Source of the DNA: a virus
Taxonomy: Duplodnaviria > Caudoviricetes
Length of the DNA stretch: 25,422 nt
Virus record (IMG/VR): IMGVR_UViG_3300019886_000099
Coordinates: 1 to 25,422 of that record
Reading direction: 5' to 3' (one strand)
This document shows, in pieces, positions 8,431-17,266 of the stretch; positions within the stretch are counted from its first letter, which is position 1; the number at the start of each line of letters is the position of its first letter. A program made the translations under genes and the position numbers. The notes beneath the pieces were generated by a model. The model did not search any database and was not told the origin of the DNA. It worked only from the letters and a program-made list of their open reading frames with translations.

Positions 8431-8987
8431 TAAATTCCCCTTCCATAGCGAGAACGGTTCGAAAGCCAATCCTGCCACTCAGGTTGCATATTTCCTCCCT
8501 TAGCGGGTGCTGGAGGTTTGGGAGCGGTGTAGCCAAAGCCTTCTCCGCCGAGCGCCATTGCAGTCAAGCTGTTGGGCCCTCCGGTGATGGGGTCTGTCCC
8601 GCCGCCCGTAGGATTGCCGAACGGAGTGTTCGAGGTAGGATTGAAACTCAGATTTCCTCCCGGCCGCGCCATTTGCCCACCAGAATACGTTGCTAGATTT
8701 TGCCGGTAAGCCGAGTCGAACGGCCCTCCCCCAGTCGAGCGCACCGTCTCCGACTGAAGGACGTTGCCGACAGGTGCTGGCGGTAGAGGTTTTGGAATAC
8801 GAGGATCGGCAGTTCGTCGCGGGTCTCCATTCAGCGAGATTGGGCCACTCATTCTAGGACCACCGACCGGCGCTTTGTCGGAACCTGTACCGAGATAAGG
8901 ACCTGAAGGTTTCCCACCGTAAGTTCCCGCATCGGGATTCCTCATTAGGACCTGTCCTGGGTTGTAAGCTGGATTGAAGGCTGCCAT
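8430..8987 (-). CDS. Pro/Gly-rich low-complexity virion protein (185 aa)
   Basis: AGAGG RBS and coupling to the next gene by TAATG; composition suggests disorder. Confidence 0.6.
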   Translation of the reverse strand: MAAFNPAYNPGQVLMRNPDAGTYGGKPSGPYLGTGSDKAPVGGPRMSGPISLNGDPRRTADPRIPKPLPPAPVGNVLQSETVRSTGGGPFDSAYRQNLATYSGGQMARPGGNLSFNPTSNTPFGNPTGGGTDPITGGPNSLTAMALGGEGFGYTAPKPPAPAKGGNMQPEWQDWLSNRSRYGRGI

Positions 8988-8996
8988 AGGGGACCT

Positions 8997-11774
8997 CTAA
9001 CTTGGTGGATTCGCGCCAAACGCCAACTGAATCGCTCTGAATGCGAAGTTCGATCCTGCCGCTGGGGGAAAATTGATTTGAAACTTCAGTCTACGCCCCA
9101 TCACAAAATTCACCCCGCCAATCCTGAACAGCTCAGGACTGTGACGGAACGCCAACCCTCCCGTAAAGTCAGGACTCCCGGAAAGAGCTGACGTGTCATT
9201 CACTCCCGGAACCAGGTCGAGTACGAGCGGGTTGAAGAACGTGTAAAAGTCGTCGTCAATTCCCTGCACAGCGAAACTCCAGCCATCCGTCGCCAGCATG
9301 GCGGGATCGCGGTTGGTGTTGAACCGGACAAACGTAGGCCGCTTGATGAGGAAAGGACTCTCGTTCCCGAAAGCATGCAAGGTCACTGTGCCGTTAGGCA
9401 CTTCAATCTCCGTTCCAAATCCGCCCATCAGGAAATCAATGTCCTGGATCAGATCGACCTGCCCGCACATGAGCCTGACCAACCCGCTGGTTTCGTAGAC
9501 CACTTCAATAGAATCGCAGCGTGGTATCCAATCCCCTGTCTCCGGATCTGCCGTGCCGGGTTGAAACACCCACCACGCCGGTGAGTTGGTCGCCATGTCG
9601 AAGACGTAGTACGAAGCTTCACCGTTGGACGCAAGTAAATCGAGATCAAGCACCAAGACTGTGTTGTTGTAAGTTGAGCCGTTGGCCGCCACGATGAGAA
9701 GCAACCAATTGCGGTTGGCGGTGTGGTAGTAGACCATCCGGGCTAGCGTCTCAGCTCCAGGAGCCATGCTCAGGAGGATGTCCTGAATCGGCCGCCCGAT
9801 ATTCCTTGGGGCGTACCGATCAGTAAAGAGCCAGACTTCATCGTTGGGGGTCAGCCAGAACCCGCCCAAAGACGTAACTGCCACAGCGAACGGAGTTGCA
9901 CAGCCAAGAGCATAGGGCAATCTTGAAATCTGTGCGCCTTGCTGCGTGCCCGTCGCACCCACCAGATTGTCGGTCAGCAATCCTGTCAGGCGGAACATGT
10001 CCTGCTTGTCGGACCAGATAATCATGGACCCAGGAAGCTCCATCATGCCGTTCATGGAAGCGTTCTGAATCGGCAACGTGACCTGATTCAACGGGGCAAA
10101 CGATTCCTGCGGCTGGCCAATCAGCGTAGCTTCCACATTCGAGTAGAAGAAGGCTTGCGGCTCTCCCGGAACGCCAAAGACGCAAAGCCTTCCTTGAAAC
10201 TCGTTGACAAACGCTCCCACCGGCGGAGGGATGTTGTTGAGCTGCGCAGTCTCCGTCGAGAAAGGGAAGCTTGGAGGCTCGGAGTTGGCGAAGTCGAGGA
10301 AGATCAATCCGGCGAAGTTCGTGCCGTAGGAACCTAAGAAGGGGCTAAAGACATTGCGCGCGATCAGGAAGTAGGTCGCTCCACCATCCGCCGTGGCATA
10401 GAGCCGGATGTGGGTGGCTTGGGGATCGAAGACTTGAAAGACCTGAACAGCATCGGTTGTCGGGGAATTCGCAGCGAGAGTCAGTTGCGTAGGAGACTGT
10501 ACCGACAAGACGCGTCCAATGTCTCCATCCGTGACGCCGCTGAGGATGTGTCTCCCAATCCACGCAGCCGTAAAGAACGTTGCCACCCCTGTGACAATCG
10601 GAGAGGCGTTGCTGAAGGAGATTGTGCCGGGTTCGAGGCACGCAATCTGCATGTACTGGTTGATGGGAATGATGTACTGCGTGACTGGACTCAAAGCTCC
10701 GACGTGGCTCTTGTTGGCGTTCTCCCAGGCGTACGCGTAAGACCTGCCTACCGATTTGGTGACTTGGCTGGTAATGTTCCCGGTGCCGGCGAGGAGTACT
10801 GTATCCTGTCCAAGCTGACTCCACGTAAAGGTGAAGGGACCAACGCCGCTAGCGGTGATGAGAAAGGTTCCATTGAAGCTGGGATCGCTGACGAGCGTGA
10901 TGTTGAGAGGGTTGGTGGATCCTACAATCACTCCCGCAGGCAGCGCAGCCGCATGAGCTGTGACAACGGCATTCTGCCGCCGGATATTGGTTAGAGCCAC
11001 AGCCGTACCCGCATTCAACGTGATTTGTGGAGTCGCGTCGGGAGAGTCTAAGCCCCAGCCTTCAATCGTGGCGGCGTTCGCGAGTCTTCCGGCCATCTTT
11101 ACCTGGCCATTCATTTCGTAGAGGATGTTGACCAGAGCTTCGCGCGACCAGGGACCATTGAGTTGCGTGTTTCCGGCACCGGATGGGTCTACGTAAGGGT
11201 TGAACCGTTGAGTCTGTAAGTAATTCAGCCCAGTATCGTAGGAGTAGAGCTTGCCGTTGATATCGGCAATCAGGTAAGCCCCGCCAGAATTCAGGCCAGA
11301 CAGCGTGCCTCCCGATCCGCTCGCGGCCGCTACCTGCGAGAAAACGATGGTCAACGTGGTTGTGTTGACGATGGTCCCAATGGGGAAGGTGGAATTGAAC
11401 AGGACATTGCTGTTGTCCACGATGGTGACGTTTCCCGCAGGACCGATTCCCGAGGTTGAACTCACAACCACAGTGGCGAACGGGACAAGCCCTCCCGCAT
11501 AGGTAATTGTGCCAATGGTTGTCGAGATCGTGAAGGGCGGGAGAGCAAAGTACTTCAGCGTGGAAAAGAACGTACTCGTCAGCGGACTCGGTGCGACGAC
11601 GTTGGCGAAGCGGCAGCGCTGGATGAAGGCAAAAGCACCCGAGTAGACGTTCGTTGCCGCTGACCACATCTTGGGATTGGTCTGAGTTGGGTCCGTGTAG
11701 GTGTTATAACCAAGCGAAAGAGCGCTGAGGACTTCGGCAGGCGCAGCGGGTTTGCTAGGCGGTTTCTGCCCCAT
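8997..11774 (-). CDS. Tail nozzle / DNA-stabilisation protein (tail tubular B or P22 gp10-like, 925 aa)
   Basis: Large beta-rich protein right after the adaptor, with propeller-like motifs (FQGRLCVFG, FFYSN, GGFWLTPNDEVWLF, IGRPIQD) and inserted beta domains (THIRLYATADGGATYF). Confidence 0.7.
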   Translation of the reverse strand: MGQKPPSKPAAPAEVLSALSLGYNTYTDPTQTNPKMWSAATNVYSGAFAFIQRCRFANVVAPSPLTSTFFSTLKYFALPPFTISTTIGTITYAGGLVPFATVVVSSTSGIGPAGNVTIVDNSNVLFNSTFPIGTIVNTTTLTIVFSQVAAASGSGGTLSGLNSGGAYLIADINGKLYSYDTGLNYLQTQRFNPYVDPSGAGNTQLNGPWSREALVNILYEMNGQVKMAGRLANAATIEGWGLDSPDATPQITLNAGTAVALTNIRRQNAVVTAHAAALPAGVIVGSTNPLNITLVSDPSFNGTFLITASGVGPFTFTWSQLGQDTVLLAGTGNITSQVTKSVGRSYAYAWENANKSHVGALSPVTQYIIPINQYMQIACLEPGTISFSNASPIVTGVATFFTAAWIGRHILSGVTDGDIGRVLSVQSPTQLTLAANSPTTDAVQVFQVFDPQATHIRLYATADGGATYFLIARNVFSPFLGSYGTNFAGLIFLDFANSEPPSFPFSTETAQLNNIPPPVGAFVNEFQGRLCVFGVPGEPQAFFYSNVEATLIGQPQESFAPLNQVTLPIQNASMNGMMELPGSMIIWSDKQDMFRLTGLLTDNLVGATGTQQGAQISRLPYALGCATPFAVAVTSLGGFWLTPNDEVWLFTDRYAPRNIGRPIQDILLSMAPGAETLARMVYYHTANRNWLLLIVAANGSTYNNTVLVLDLDLLASNGEASYYVFDMATNSPAWWVFQPGTADPETGDWIPRCDSIEVVYETSGLVRLMCGQVDLIQDIDFLMGGFGTEIEVPNGTVTLHAFGNESPFLIKRPTFVRFNTNRDPAMLATDGWSFAVQGIDDDFYTFFNPLVLDLVPGVNDTSALSGSPDFTGGLAFRHSPELFRIGGVNFVMGRRLKFQINFPPAAGSNFAFRAIQLAFGANPPS

Positions 11775-12788
11775 CTACCTCATCCAAGCCCTATTACGTC
11801 TTGCTAATGACCCCGGGAAACGTATTTTTTGCGCTGGCGTTTGGCCTTGCCGTTGTTCTAAAGCGTCTTTGCACATTTGGATGTTTTTCTCGTAGATCGC
11901 GGTCCACTCTCCCGATCTTTGGTCGTCTCCCGCTACCGAGTACATGTTCTTGAGAGCGAGTGCGGCGATGACCCGAATATGCTCTCGCGGGATTTCTGGC
12001 AACGTCGCCAAGGCGTAAGGGGAACCAGCAGCCAGCACTGGAGCAACAGGAGTTTTCGTATTGAGAACGGTGTCGCTGACGATCTTCGTGACACGATAGA
12101 TTTGCCCGCCCAGCGGCACAGTTGGATTGCACAGGAATTCCGCCTGAATCTCTTCTTGAGCCTGCACGTTCGGCAGGTATGCCTGAAAATCCGGTTGCAG
12201 GAGGTTGGTGAAGTTTGTAGAGACCCCAGTCACCACGTTGCTGACTGAGGAAACAACTTCATCTGACAAGAATGTCAAAGCAATCGGCCAGAAGGTGTAC
12301 GTCACCTCAATCACCGTCCCGACCGCCAGGGGGAGGCCCATATTCAACTGATTCCGGCCGCTCAGGTACCAGCGATAGGGTCCGCTTTGCGACGGATTCG
12401 CACTCGATGCGCTGTTGATTTCCACGAAGTCTGGATGATTCGGCGTCAGCGCTACGGAACTCGCAAACTGCGTCGAGCCGGGGGCCATGAAGCGGAGTTT
12501 GGTGACTTGGTAGAGGCGGGGAGAGACAGCAGCCGAAAGAGCGGCATCGGCGTTGAACATCAGGTCATACTGATAGGCCGCAGTCACAGTTGTGACGCGG
12601 ACAATGTTGGTGAAGTAATGGTTCTTGAGTTTGGTGATTTCTTCCCAAACGTGGATGTAGGCGGAATTCAGTTCCCGCAGGTGCTCCGAGGGATCATACC
12701 CAGGGAGCCTCTGCGAGAGGTATTGCACCAGTCCAAAAGCATTCGTTGGGGGTGACTTCACCAACGAGAGCACCGAAACAACTGGCAT
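11775..12788 (-). CDS. Head-tail adaptor (tail tubular A-like, 337 aa) with inserted beta domain
   Basis: Helical N-terminus (LRELNSAYIHVWEE), central beta region and a C-terminal PEIPREHIRVIAALAL...YEK helix typical of podoviral adaptors; located before the nozzle gene. Confidence 0.7.
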   Translation of the reverse strand: MPVVSVLSLVKSPPTNAFGLVQYLSQRLPGYDPSEHLRELNSAYIHVWEEITKLKNHYFTNIVRVTTVTAAYQYDLMFNADAALSAAVSPRLYQVTKLRFMAPGSTQFASSVALTPNHPDFVEINSASSANPSQSGPYRWYLSGRNQLNMGLPLAVGTVIEVTYTFWPIALTFLSDEVVSSVSNVVTGVSTNFTNLLQPDFQAYLPNVQAQEEIQAEFLCNPTVPLGGQIYRVTKIVSDTVLNTKTPVAPVLAAGSPYALATLPEIPREHIRVIAALALKNMYSVAGDDQRSGEWTAIYEKNIQMCKDALEQRQGQTPAQKIRFPGSLARRNRAWMR

Positions 12789-12789
12789 G

Positions 12790-13422
12790 CTAGGTCCTTA
12801 CCGGAGCCCCTTTCGGTGGTTCGGTCTTCTGAGTCAGCAGATGCGCCAATTGGTCAGCCGATTCCTTTCGTGCCGCCTTCATGGAGTCCGTGATGGCTGT
12901 AGCGATCCGGTCGGCTGCGGAAGCCCCAGGATCGCGCAGAGCCTGCAAGGCGTCTACGCTGTAGGGTTTTTCCATCTTCAGGACCTCATAGCACTCATCG
13001 ACGTAAGGGCTGGGGTCGTAGACGCCCTGGCGGGCCTTCGCCATGTCTCTCTGACTCTCGAAGAACTCAATCTGCTTCTTGCGCCACTTCAGGTTCAAAT
13101 CGCGAGATACGGGCTCGAGAGCGGCTTTCTCTTTCTCGTCCGGTTCGTGGTCGAGCATGATGACGCCCAGTTCGGCAAACTGTGAAGTCACAACGGGCAT
13201 GAACTTGCGAATCGAGATTTCCACTTCTTTGCCTTGCCGGTCTTTCCAGTCGCTCCGCTGAACCGTGGTGAAAGAGTCGGCCAGCTTCATCCACTGCTTC
13301 TCCGGCACGAAGGGTAGAGCAATGCCACCCCAGCGAATGTAGGAAGCATCCGGGGTGTAGCGCGGCTTCCCGAGAAACTTAGGGTTGGGCAATGCCTCTG
13401 AACTGTAGATGTGGTATGCCAT
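12790..13422 (-). CDS. Hypothetical phage protein (210 aa)
   Basis: Start re-called to ATG 13422 (MAYHIYSSEAL), with a GGAGG RBS and overlap with the upstream TGA. The longer ORF-track version overlaps two other genes. Confidence 0.7.
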   Translation of the reverse strand: MAYHIYSSEALPNPKFLGKPRYTPDASYIRWGGIALPFVPEKQWMKLADSFTTVQRSDWKDRQGKEVEISIRKFMPVVTSQFAELGVIMLDHEPDEKEKAALEPVSRDLNLKWRKKQIEFFESQRDMAKARQGVYDPSPYVDECYEVLKMEKPYSVDALQALRDPGASAADRIATAITDSMKAARKESADQLAHLLTQKTEPPKGAPVRT

Positions 13423-13802
13423 CAGTTGCCTCCAAACACAGAATCGTAATTCTGCCGGTAGCGCCGGCTGCTTCCGACCGTCGCGCGTTCCTGCCCGAAA
13501 CCAGCTCGTACCACCGGGCCTGCCGCTTCGGTCATATCGTCCAAAAATAGACTCTCTTCCCGTTCCCGCTTCGATTCGCCATCCCCCGCCAGACTCCGGC
13601 AAAACTGCCGTACACCCGATTCCCGGTTCGAGTACGATTCCCGGTCGGCAGCTTTCAGTTCCTGGATGTCGGTTTCGGTGATTTCGGCGTGGTCCGTCGT
13701 TCTTACGCGGTAGGGTTCGCCATTGTCGGCTTTGCCGAGGATATCCAGCTTGCCATCGTCGCGCTTGACCGTCGACAGTCCCCAATTCTCTGGCAGGTCC
13801 AT
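13422..13802 (-). CDS. Hypothetical acidic phage protein (126 aa)
   Basis: Fills the gap exactly (TAA-ATG upstream, TGATG downstream) and has natural protein composition. Confidence 0.7.
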   Translation of the reverse strand: MDLPENWGLSTVKRDDGKLDILGKADNGEPYRVRTTDHAEITETDIQELKAADRESYSNRESGVRQFCRSLAGDGESKREREESLFLDDMTEAAGPVVRAGFGQERATVGSSRRYRQNYDSVFGGN

Positions 13803-14213
13803 TTACCCAACTAGCGCCCACACTGGAGCGGTAGGCGAACCGCCTGTGTAGCCAAACTTGAATTGCAGTCCTGCGCCCATCCCCGCCACCGAGTAGGCAT
13901 ATGCCGCCGTCGCGGCGGTGTCTCCGGTCAACTGCCCGGTCACGGCGAACGTCGTCAGAATCGGGATTAGGAACCAAGTTGCCCCACCGTCAATCGAGCC
14001 TTCGAGAGTAGGTCCGGTTCCCGCCGTCCCTGTGACCTGGATAATCAGGACACCGTGATTGTCGCGCGTGGGCTCTGGGATGGTGAATGCTACCGCGGTA
14101 TTCGCAGCCGCTAACGTACCAAGCTTGACACTCGCACCCCGGCTGAGTTTCAGGACCAGACTGGGAATCGCTACCCCACTCGGAGTGAGGATGTCTACGG
14201 TGGCGGAAGGCAT
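13803..14213 (-). CDS. Small beta-sandwich virion protein (136 aa), possible capsid decoration/spike
   Basis: TAATG coupling; IQVTGTAGTGPTLEGSIDGGATWF beta-sandwich motif; located downstream of the capsid gene. Confidence 0.65.
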   Translation of the reverse strand: MPSATVDILTPSGVAIPSLVLKLSRGASVKLGTLAAANTAVAFTIPEPTRDNHGVLIIQVTGTAGTGPTLEGSIDGGATWFLIPILTTFAVTGQLTGDTAATAAYAYSVAGMGAGLQFKFGYTGGSPTAPVWALVG

Positions 14214-14470
14214 TAGTTACCCTTCGAACTGGCGCGGGAGTCTGACTTGTTGCTGATTTTCACAACTTCGTCATTCACTTCCTTGCCCTCACGTCCATCC
14301 CCATCCGCGGCCAAACTCGTGCTCGTGGGCTGGTAGTTTCCCTTCGAGCGCGCTTCCTGATCGACTGGATTCCCGGAATGCGCATTGGGATCAGGCGCGC
14401 CAAGAGCGTCTCCGGCAATCATGTCAGCCATGGCATTCTCGTCCGCGCCGTAGATGTTGGAATCACGCAT
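14213..14470 (-). CDS. Small acidic disordered protein (85 aa); paralog of 15130-15294
   Basis: Coupled at both ends (TGATG, TAATG). Motifs IYGAD and ALGAPDP, and two copies of D..A.SKGN. Confidence 0.7.
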   Translation of the reverse strand: MRDSNIYGADENAMADMIAGDALGAPDPNAHSGNPVDQEARSKGNYQPTSTSLAADGDGREGKEVNDEVVKISNKSDSRASSKGN

Positions 14471-14709
14471 CAGACTTCGAGCACCAGTTCCAAGGGGTAA
14501 TCATTGGGAGCTGAATCCTGCGCATATGTGCGTGTCAATGTAGCCCCTGTGGCTCCGCCGTTCACGGTCGTGTTGAATGAAGTGAAGTCGGCGTTGGTGA
14601 TGGCAACGCAAAACCGGATCCCGCCATTGGGGTTCTGGAAGAGAAGCTGGACCGCCCCAGAAGCCATCTTAGTGGCGATCACCGTTACAGCCTGAATATT
14701 CATGGTCAT
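14470..14709 (-). CDS. Small structural/hypothetical protein (79 aa)
   Basis: Start re-called to ATG 14709 (MTMNIQAVTV) behind AAGGAG; Thr/Ala/Gly-rich beta character. Confidence 0.7.
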   Translation of the reverse strand: MTMNIQAVTVIATKMASGAVQLLFQNPNGGIRFCVAITNADFTSFNTTVNGGATGATLTRTYAQDSAPNDYPLELVLEV

Positions 14710-14732
14710 GATTCGCTCCTTGAGGATGGCTC

Positions 14733-15119
14733 TTAGTTGAACCTGATTTTCAGAGAACAGCGCAAGCCGTTCAGGTTGGCGTTGGCGTTCGCAACTTCGG
14801 TAAAGCCTGTAGCGACCGAGGCGGAAGGCCCATAGGCTTGCACTTTGAAATTGATCGCATCCCAAACCGCGAGAAAGGCAATCACTCCACCTCCCGCTGC
14901 GGTGCGCCAGTCATCCGCAACCTCAACCGAGATCAGGGTTGAGAAGGCTCCGCCATACAGGGTCGCCAATTGGGCGCTGCCAAAGGCGTACCCACCGGCA
15001 AGATAGTCTCCGGTCCCTGCGGTCACTTCCACGATGTCGTCTTGGCACCATCCAGGCACAGTGTTGGTGTGGATCTGGCTGGGAACCATCGAGGCTCGAT
15101 TGGTAAAGGTCGCTGCCAT
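14733..15119 (-). CDS. Capsid decoration/cement-like protein (128 aa)
   Basis: TAAGGAG RBS; DYLAGGYAF motif and beta-rich composition; position just downstream of the major capsid gene. Confidence 0.65.
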   Translation of the reverse strand: MAATFTNRASMVPSQIHTNTVPGWCQDDIVEVTAGTGDYLAGGYAFGSAQLATLYGGAFSTLISVEVADDWRTAAGGGVIAFLAVWDAINFKVQAYGPSASVATGFTEVANANANLNGLRCSLKIRFN

Positions 15120-15129
15120 CTAGGGCTCC

Positions 15130-15294
15130 TTAAGGCTGAGAACCGTGGTTACCTTCGGACTTCGCACGGCTATCAGATTCCCCGTGCACATCTAACGTGG
15201 GATCGGGATTGCCGAGTGCGCGCGTAGCTTCCGAATCCGCTTCGGAATTCTTCGGATCGCCGCCGTAAATGTCTTCGTCTAATTTTGGACCCAT
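15130..15294 (-). CDS. Small acidic protein (54 aa, below ORF-track cutoff)
   Basis: Hand translation MGPKLDEDIYGGDPKNSEADSEATRALGNPDPTLDVHGESDSRAKSEGNHGSQP. AAAGGAG RBS 8 nt upstream; its TAA forms part of the next gene's RBS; clear similarity to 14213-14470. Confidence 0.75.
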   Translation of the reverse strand: MGPKLDEDIYGGDPKNSEADSEATRALGNPDPTLDVHGESDSRAKSEGNHGSQP

Positions 15295-15941
15295 AGTCTA
15301 TGCTCCTTTAAATATTTCGTAGCTGCATCGGCCCACTGCGCATGTCGCTCCAGTTTGTGCAGAGCGGTATTGCAAGGGGAGCAAAGCAGCCCGCGAACTT
15401 GTCCAGTTTCGTGATCGTGGTCAACATGCATTCGTTTTTTGTGAGTGCTAAGCGTTTTGCAAATCGCGCACAAGCCACCCTGAGCGAGAAGCATGGCGTC
15501 GTATTGCTCAATCGTGATGCCGTACTTGCGCTTGAGGTCGTAACCTCGGTCTTTGTGGTGATACTTCTCTGGATTCTCCCGGCGCTTGCGTGCAACAGAC
15601 GCATTGGAAGATTTTCGAGAAGCCGCGTAATACCCCGGATTTTCTTTTCGTCGTTTTGCAACGTACTCGACAGCGCAAGGCTTGCAGCGACCCTGCCACC
15701 ACCTGAATTTACCGTCGCGCACCAACGTGAAGAACTCTGCGGATCGCGGAAGAACCTTCTTGCAAATGGTGCAAGCTTTGTGAGTCGGCTCGACGCGCAG
15801 AGGGACATCCAGGGTCCGCCCAACACTCCGTGCTTCCTTTGCGCAAAGCTTGCACCGTGAATCATTGGCTCTTCCATTTTTTCTAAGATGAAACTTTGAC
15901 AGCGGCAATTCTTTTTGGCAGATGGAACATGTCTTTTTCAT
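15279..15941 (-). CDS. Endonuclease VII-family HNH nuclease with two N-terminal Cys4 zinc-finger-like repeats; probable free-standing homing endonuclease
   Basis: KYGITIEQYDAMLLAQGGLCAICK...MHVDHDHETGQVRGLLCSPCNTAL is the recombination endonuclease VII pattern. CSIC..CKLC and CTIC..CKPC repeats; visibly more AT-rich than its neighbours. Confidence 0.88.
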   Translation of the reverse strand: MKKTCSICQKELPLSKFHLRKNGRANDSRCKLCAKEARSVGRTLDVPLRVEPTHKACTICKKVLPRSAEFFTLVRDGKFRWWQGRCKPCAVEYVAKRRKENPGYYAASRKSSNASVARKRRENPEKYHHKDRGYDLKRKYGITIEQYDAMLLAQGGLCAICKTLSTHKKRMHVDHDHETGQVRGLLCSPCNTALHKLERHAQWADAATKYLKEHRLWVQN

Positions 15942-15970
15942 GTTCCAATCATACTATATTGCTAATAACT
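15942..15970 (-). promoter_or_regulatory. Possible promoter for the HNH gene (leaderless-type -10 box)
   Basis: AT-rich spacer with TATGAT ending 6 nt before the ATG; no strong SD and no convincing -35. Confidence 0.25.
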
Positions 15971-17251
15971 TTAGTAGCCAGAGGGCACTGAGAGCCCGAG
16001 CAGCTTGGTATGCGCATTCGGAATGTAAGTCCCTACCTGGCCTCTGAACTCCAGGAATGCGGTGTACGCATCCGCGTACTGTCCCGCCGTAGCGGAGGGG
16101 TTCTGCCGCAGGATCGAACCGGTTCTGTCATCAAAACTCAACTCGCGGGCTACAACCTTGAACATCAGGTCGCGGTCCACGCCAAAGATGTGATCCTTGG
16201 GGCAGTCGGTGTCGATGATCCAGGGGAAGCCCTCCCACTCGACCGCGGTATAGCCGAGATCGAGTTTCTTGTTGGCGTCGTTGAACCGTTTCAAGGTCCA
16301 GCCCATATCCATGTAAGCATGGAGCTGAGAAAGATGTGAAATCAGTTCCAGCGAAGGCGAGACCTTGCCTTGCAGAATCTGCGGAGAAGCCAGAATCCTG
16401 CGCAGGTGGTCCCTGGCCAGCGCCGGACTCCCCGAGAGCGAGATGACTCCGGCATTGTACTGCGGGTTCGTCACCCGATTGATGTTCTGGAAAGTCGCTG
16501 ACAGTGTGCCATTGTCGATAATCAGCTTCAACCCGGCAATCACGTTGTTGAACGAGTCCGACGCGCCCGTGGTGGCGGTGATCGTGATCGCGTCTCCAGC
16601 AGCCGTAGTGAAAGCCACGTTGGTCGGCCCGATGACGAAGGTCGTACCCGTGGCGTCTTCAATCGGGTTTGACATCGAAATAATCGTGCCCGTACCACGG
16701 ACAACCGAAGTTGCACCGACGTGGACGGCAATCATCATGCCCGGACGGAGCCAGTGCGTGCCTTCAATCGACCCGGAAGCGACCAGCGTCGAATTGACGG
16801 TGGTCGAGGTTGTGACGATGGTGCCCAGCAGTCCTAAGACACCGGTGCCATCGAGGAAGGCGTAGATGTTCAGGTACTTGATGGCGTTGATTGTGGCCAT
16901 CTTGATATTGAAGGCCAGCGCCCGCGCGTAAGTGACTGAATCCGAGCCAGCAGCGTCGAGAGCCGCGCCGGTGAAGCCGACCGAGAGCACGAAGCTAAAG
17001 AACCCGACTACGGCAGACGCCAGCGCTTCCGAACCGCCCGAAGGCAAGGTTCCACCATCTCCATACCAGGAGAAATTGGCGTTGGGCGTGAAATGCGTCG
17101 GAATCTCCATCCCGCGATTCGAGATTGGAGTGCCTTTGCCATCCATGTAGCGATTCCAGAGGACAGCAGCCGTGTTAAATTGCTTAGAAATTCTCGGATT
17201 GAAATAAATCTTCATCAACGGCTGGGCCGCGGTGAGATTGAAAGCCGGCAT
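15971..17251 (-). CDS. Major capsid protein (426 aa, HK97-fold inferred)
   Basis: Follows the scaffold gene with a GAGGA RBS. Capsid-like features include FSWYGDGGTLP, NIYAFLDGTG, GLKLIID...FQNINR and WEGFPWIIDTDCP...PNAH, plus a central inserted Thr-rich beta domain. Confidence 0.88.
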   Translation of the reverse strand: MPAFNLTAAQPLMKIYFNPRISKQFNTAAVLWNRYMDGKGTPISNRGMEIPTHFTPNANFSWYGDGGTLPSGGSEALASAVVGFFSFVLSVGFTGAALDAAGSDSVTYARALAFNIKMATINAIKYLNIYAFLDGTGVLGLLGTIVTTSTTVNSTLVASGSIEGTHWLRPGMMIAVHVGATSVVRGTGTIISMSNPIEDATGTTFVIGPTNVAFTTAAGDAITITATTGASDSFNNVIAGLKLIIDNGTLSATFQNINRVTNPQYNAGVISLSGSPALARDHLRRILASPQILQGKVSPSLELISHLSQLHAYMDMGWTLKRFNDANKKLDLGYTAVEWEGFPWIIDTDCPKDHIFGVDRDLMFKVVARELSFDDRTGSILRQNPSATAGQYADAYTAFLEFRGQVGTYIPNAHTKLLGLSVPSGY

Positions 17252-17266
17252 TTTGGTGTCCTCAGG

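Noticed and set aside
7728-12788. Several TAG stops followed in frame by the next gene (7738, 8997, 11775; also 22274), hinting at amber recoding or readthrough
   Set aside because: Long genes are intact under the standard code with no internal TAG. Other TAG stops (4516, 12790) lead into out-of-frame genes, and the downstream genes have their own RBS.
12790-13977. 395-aa ORF-track call
   Set aside because: The first 185 codons overlap two better genes; the real start is ATG 13422 with a GGAGG RBS.
15120-15280. Apparent non-coding gap with TTCGGA/TCCGAA inverted repeats, suggesting a structured RNA or group I intron around the HNH gene
   Set aside because: Fully explained by the 54-aa ORF with RBS and a paralog. 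The capsid gene ends normally and no intron core is recognisable.
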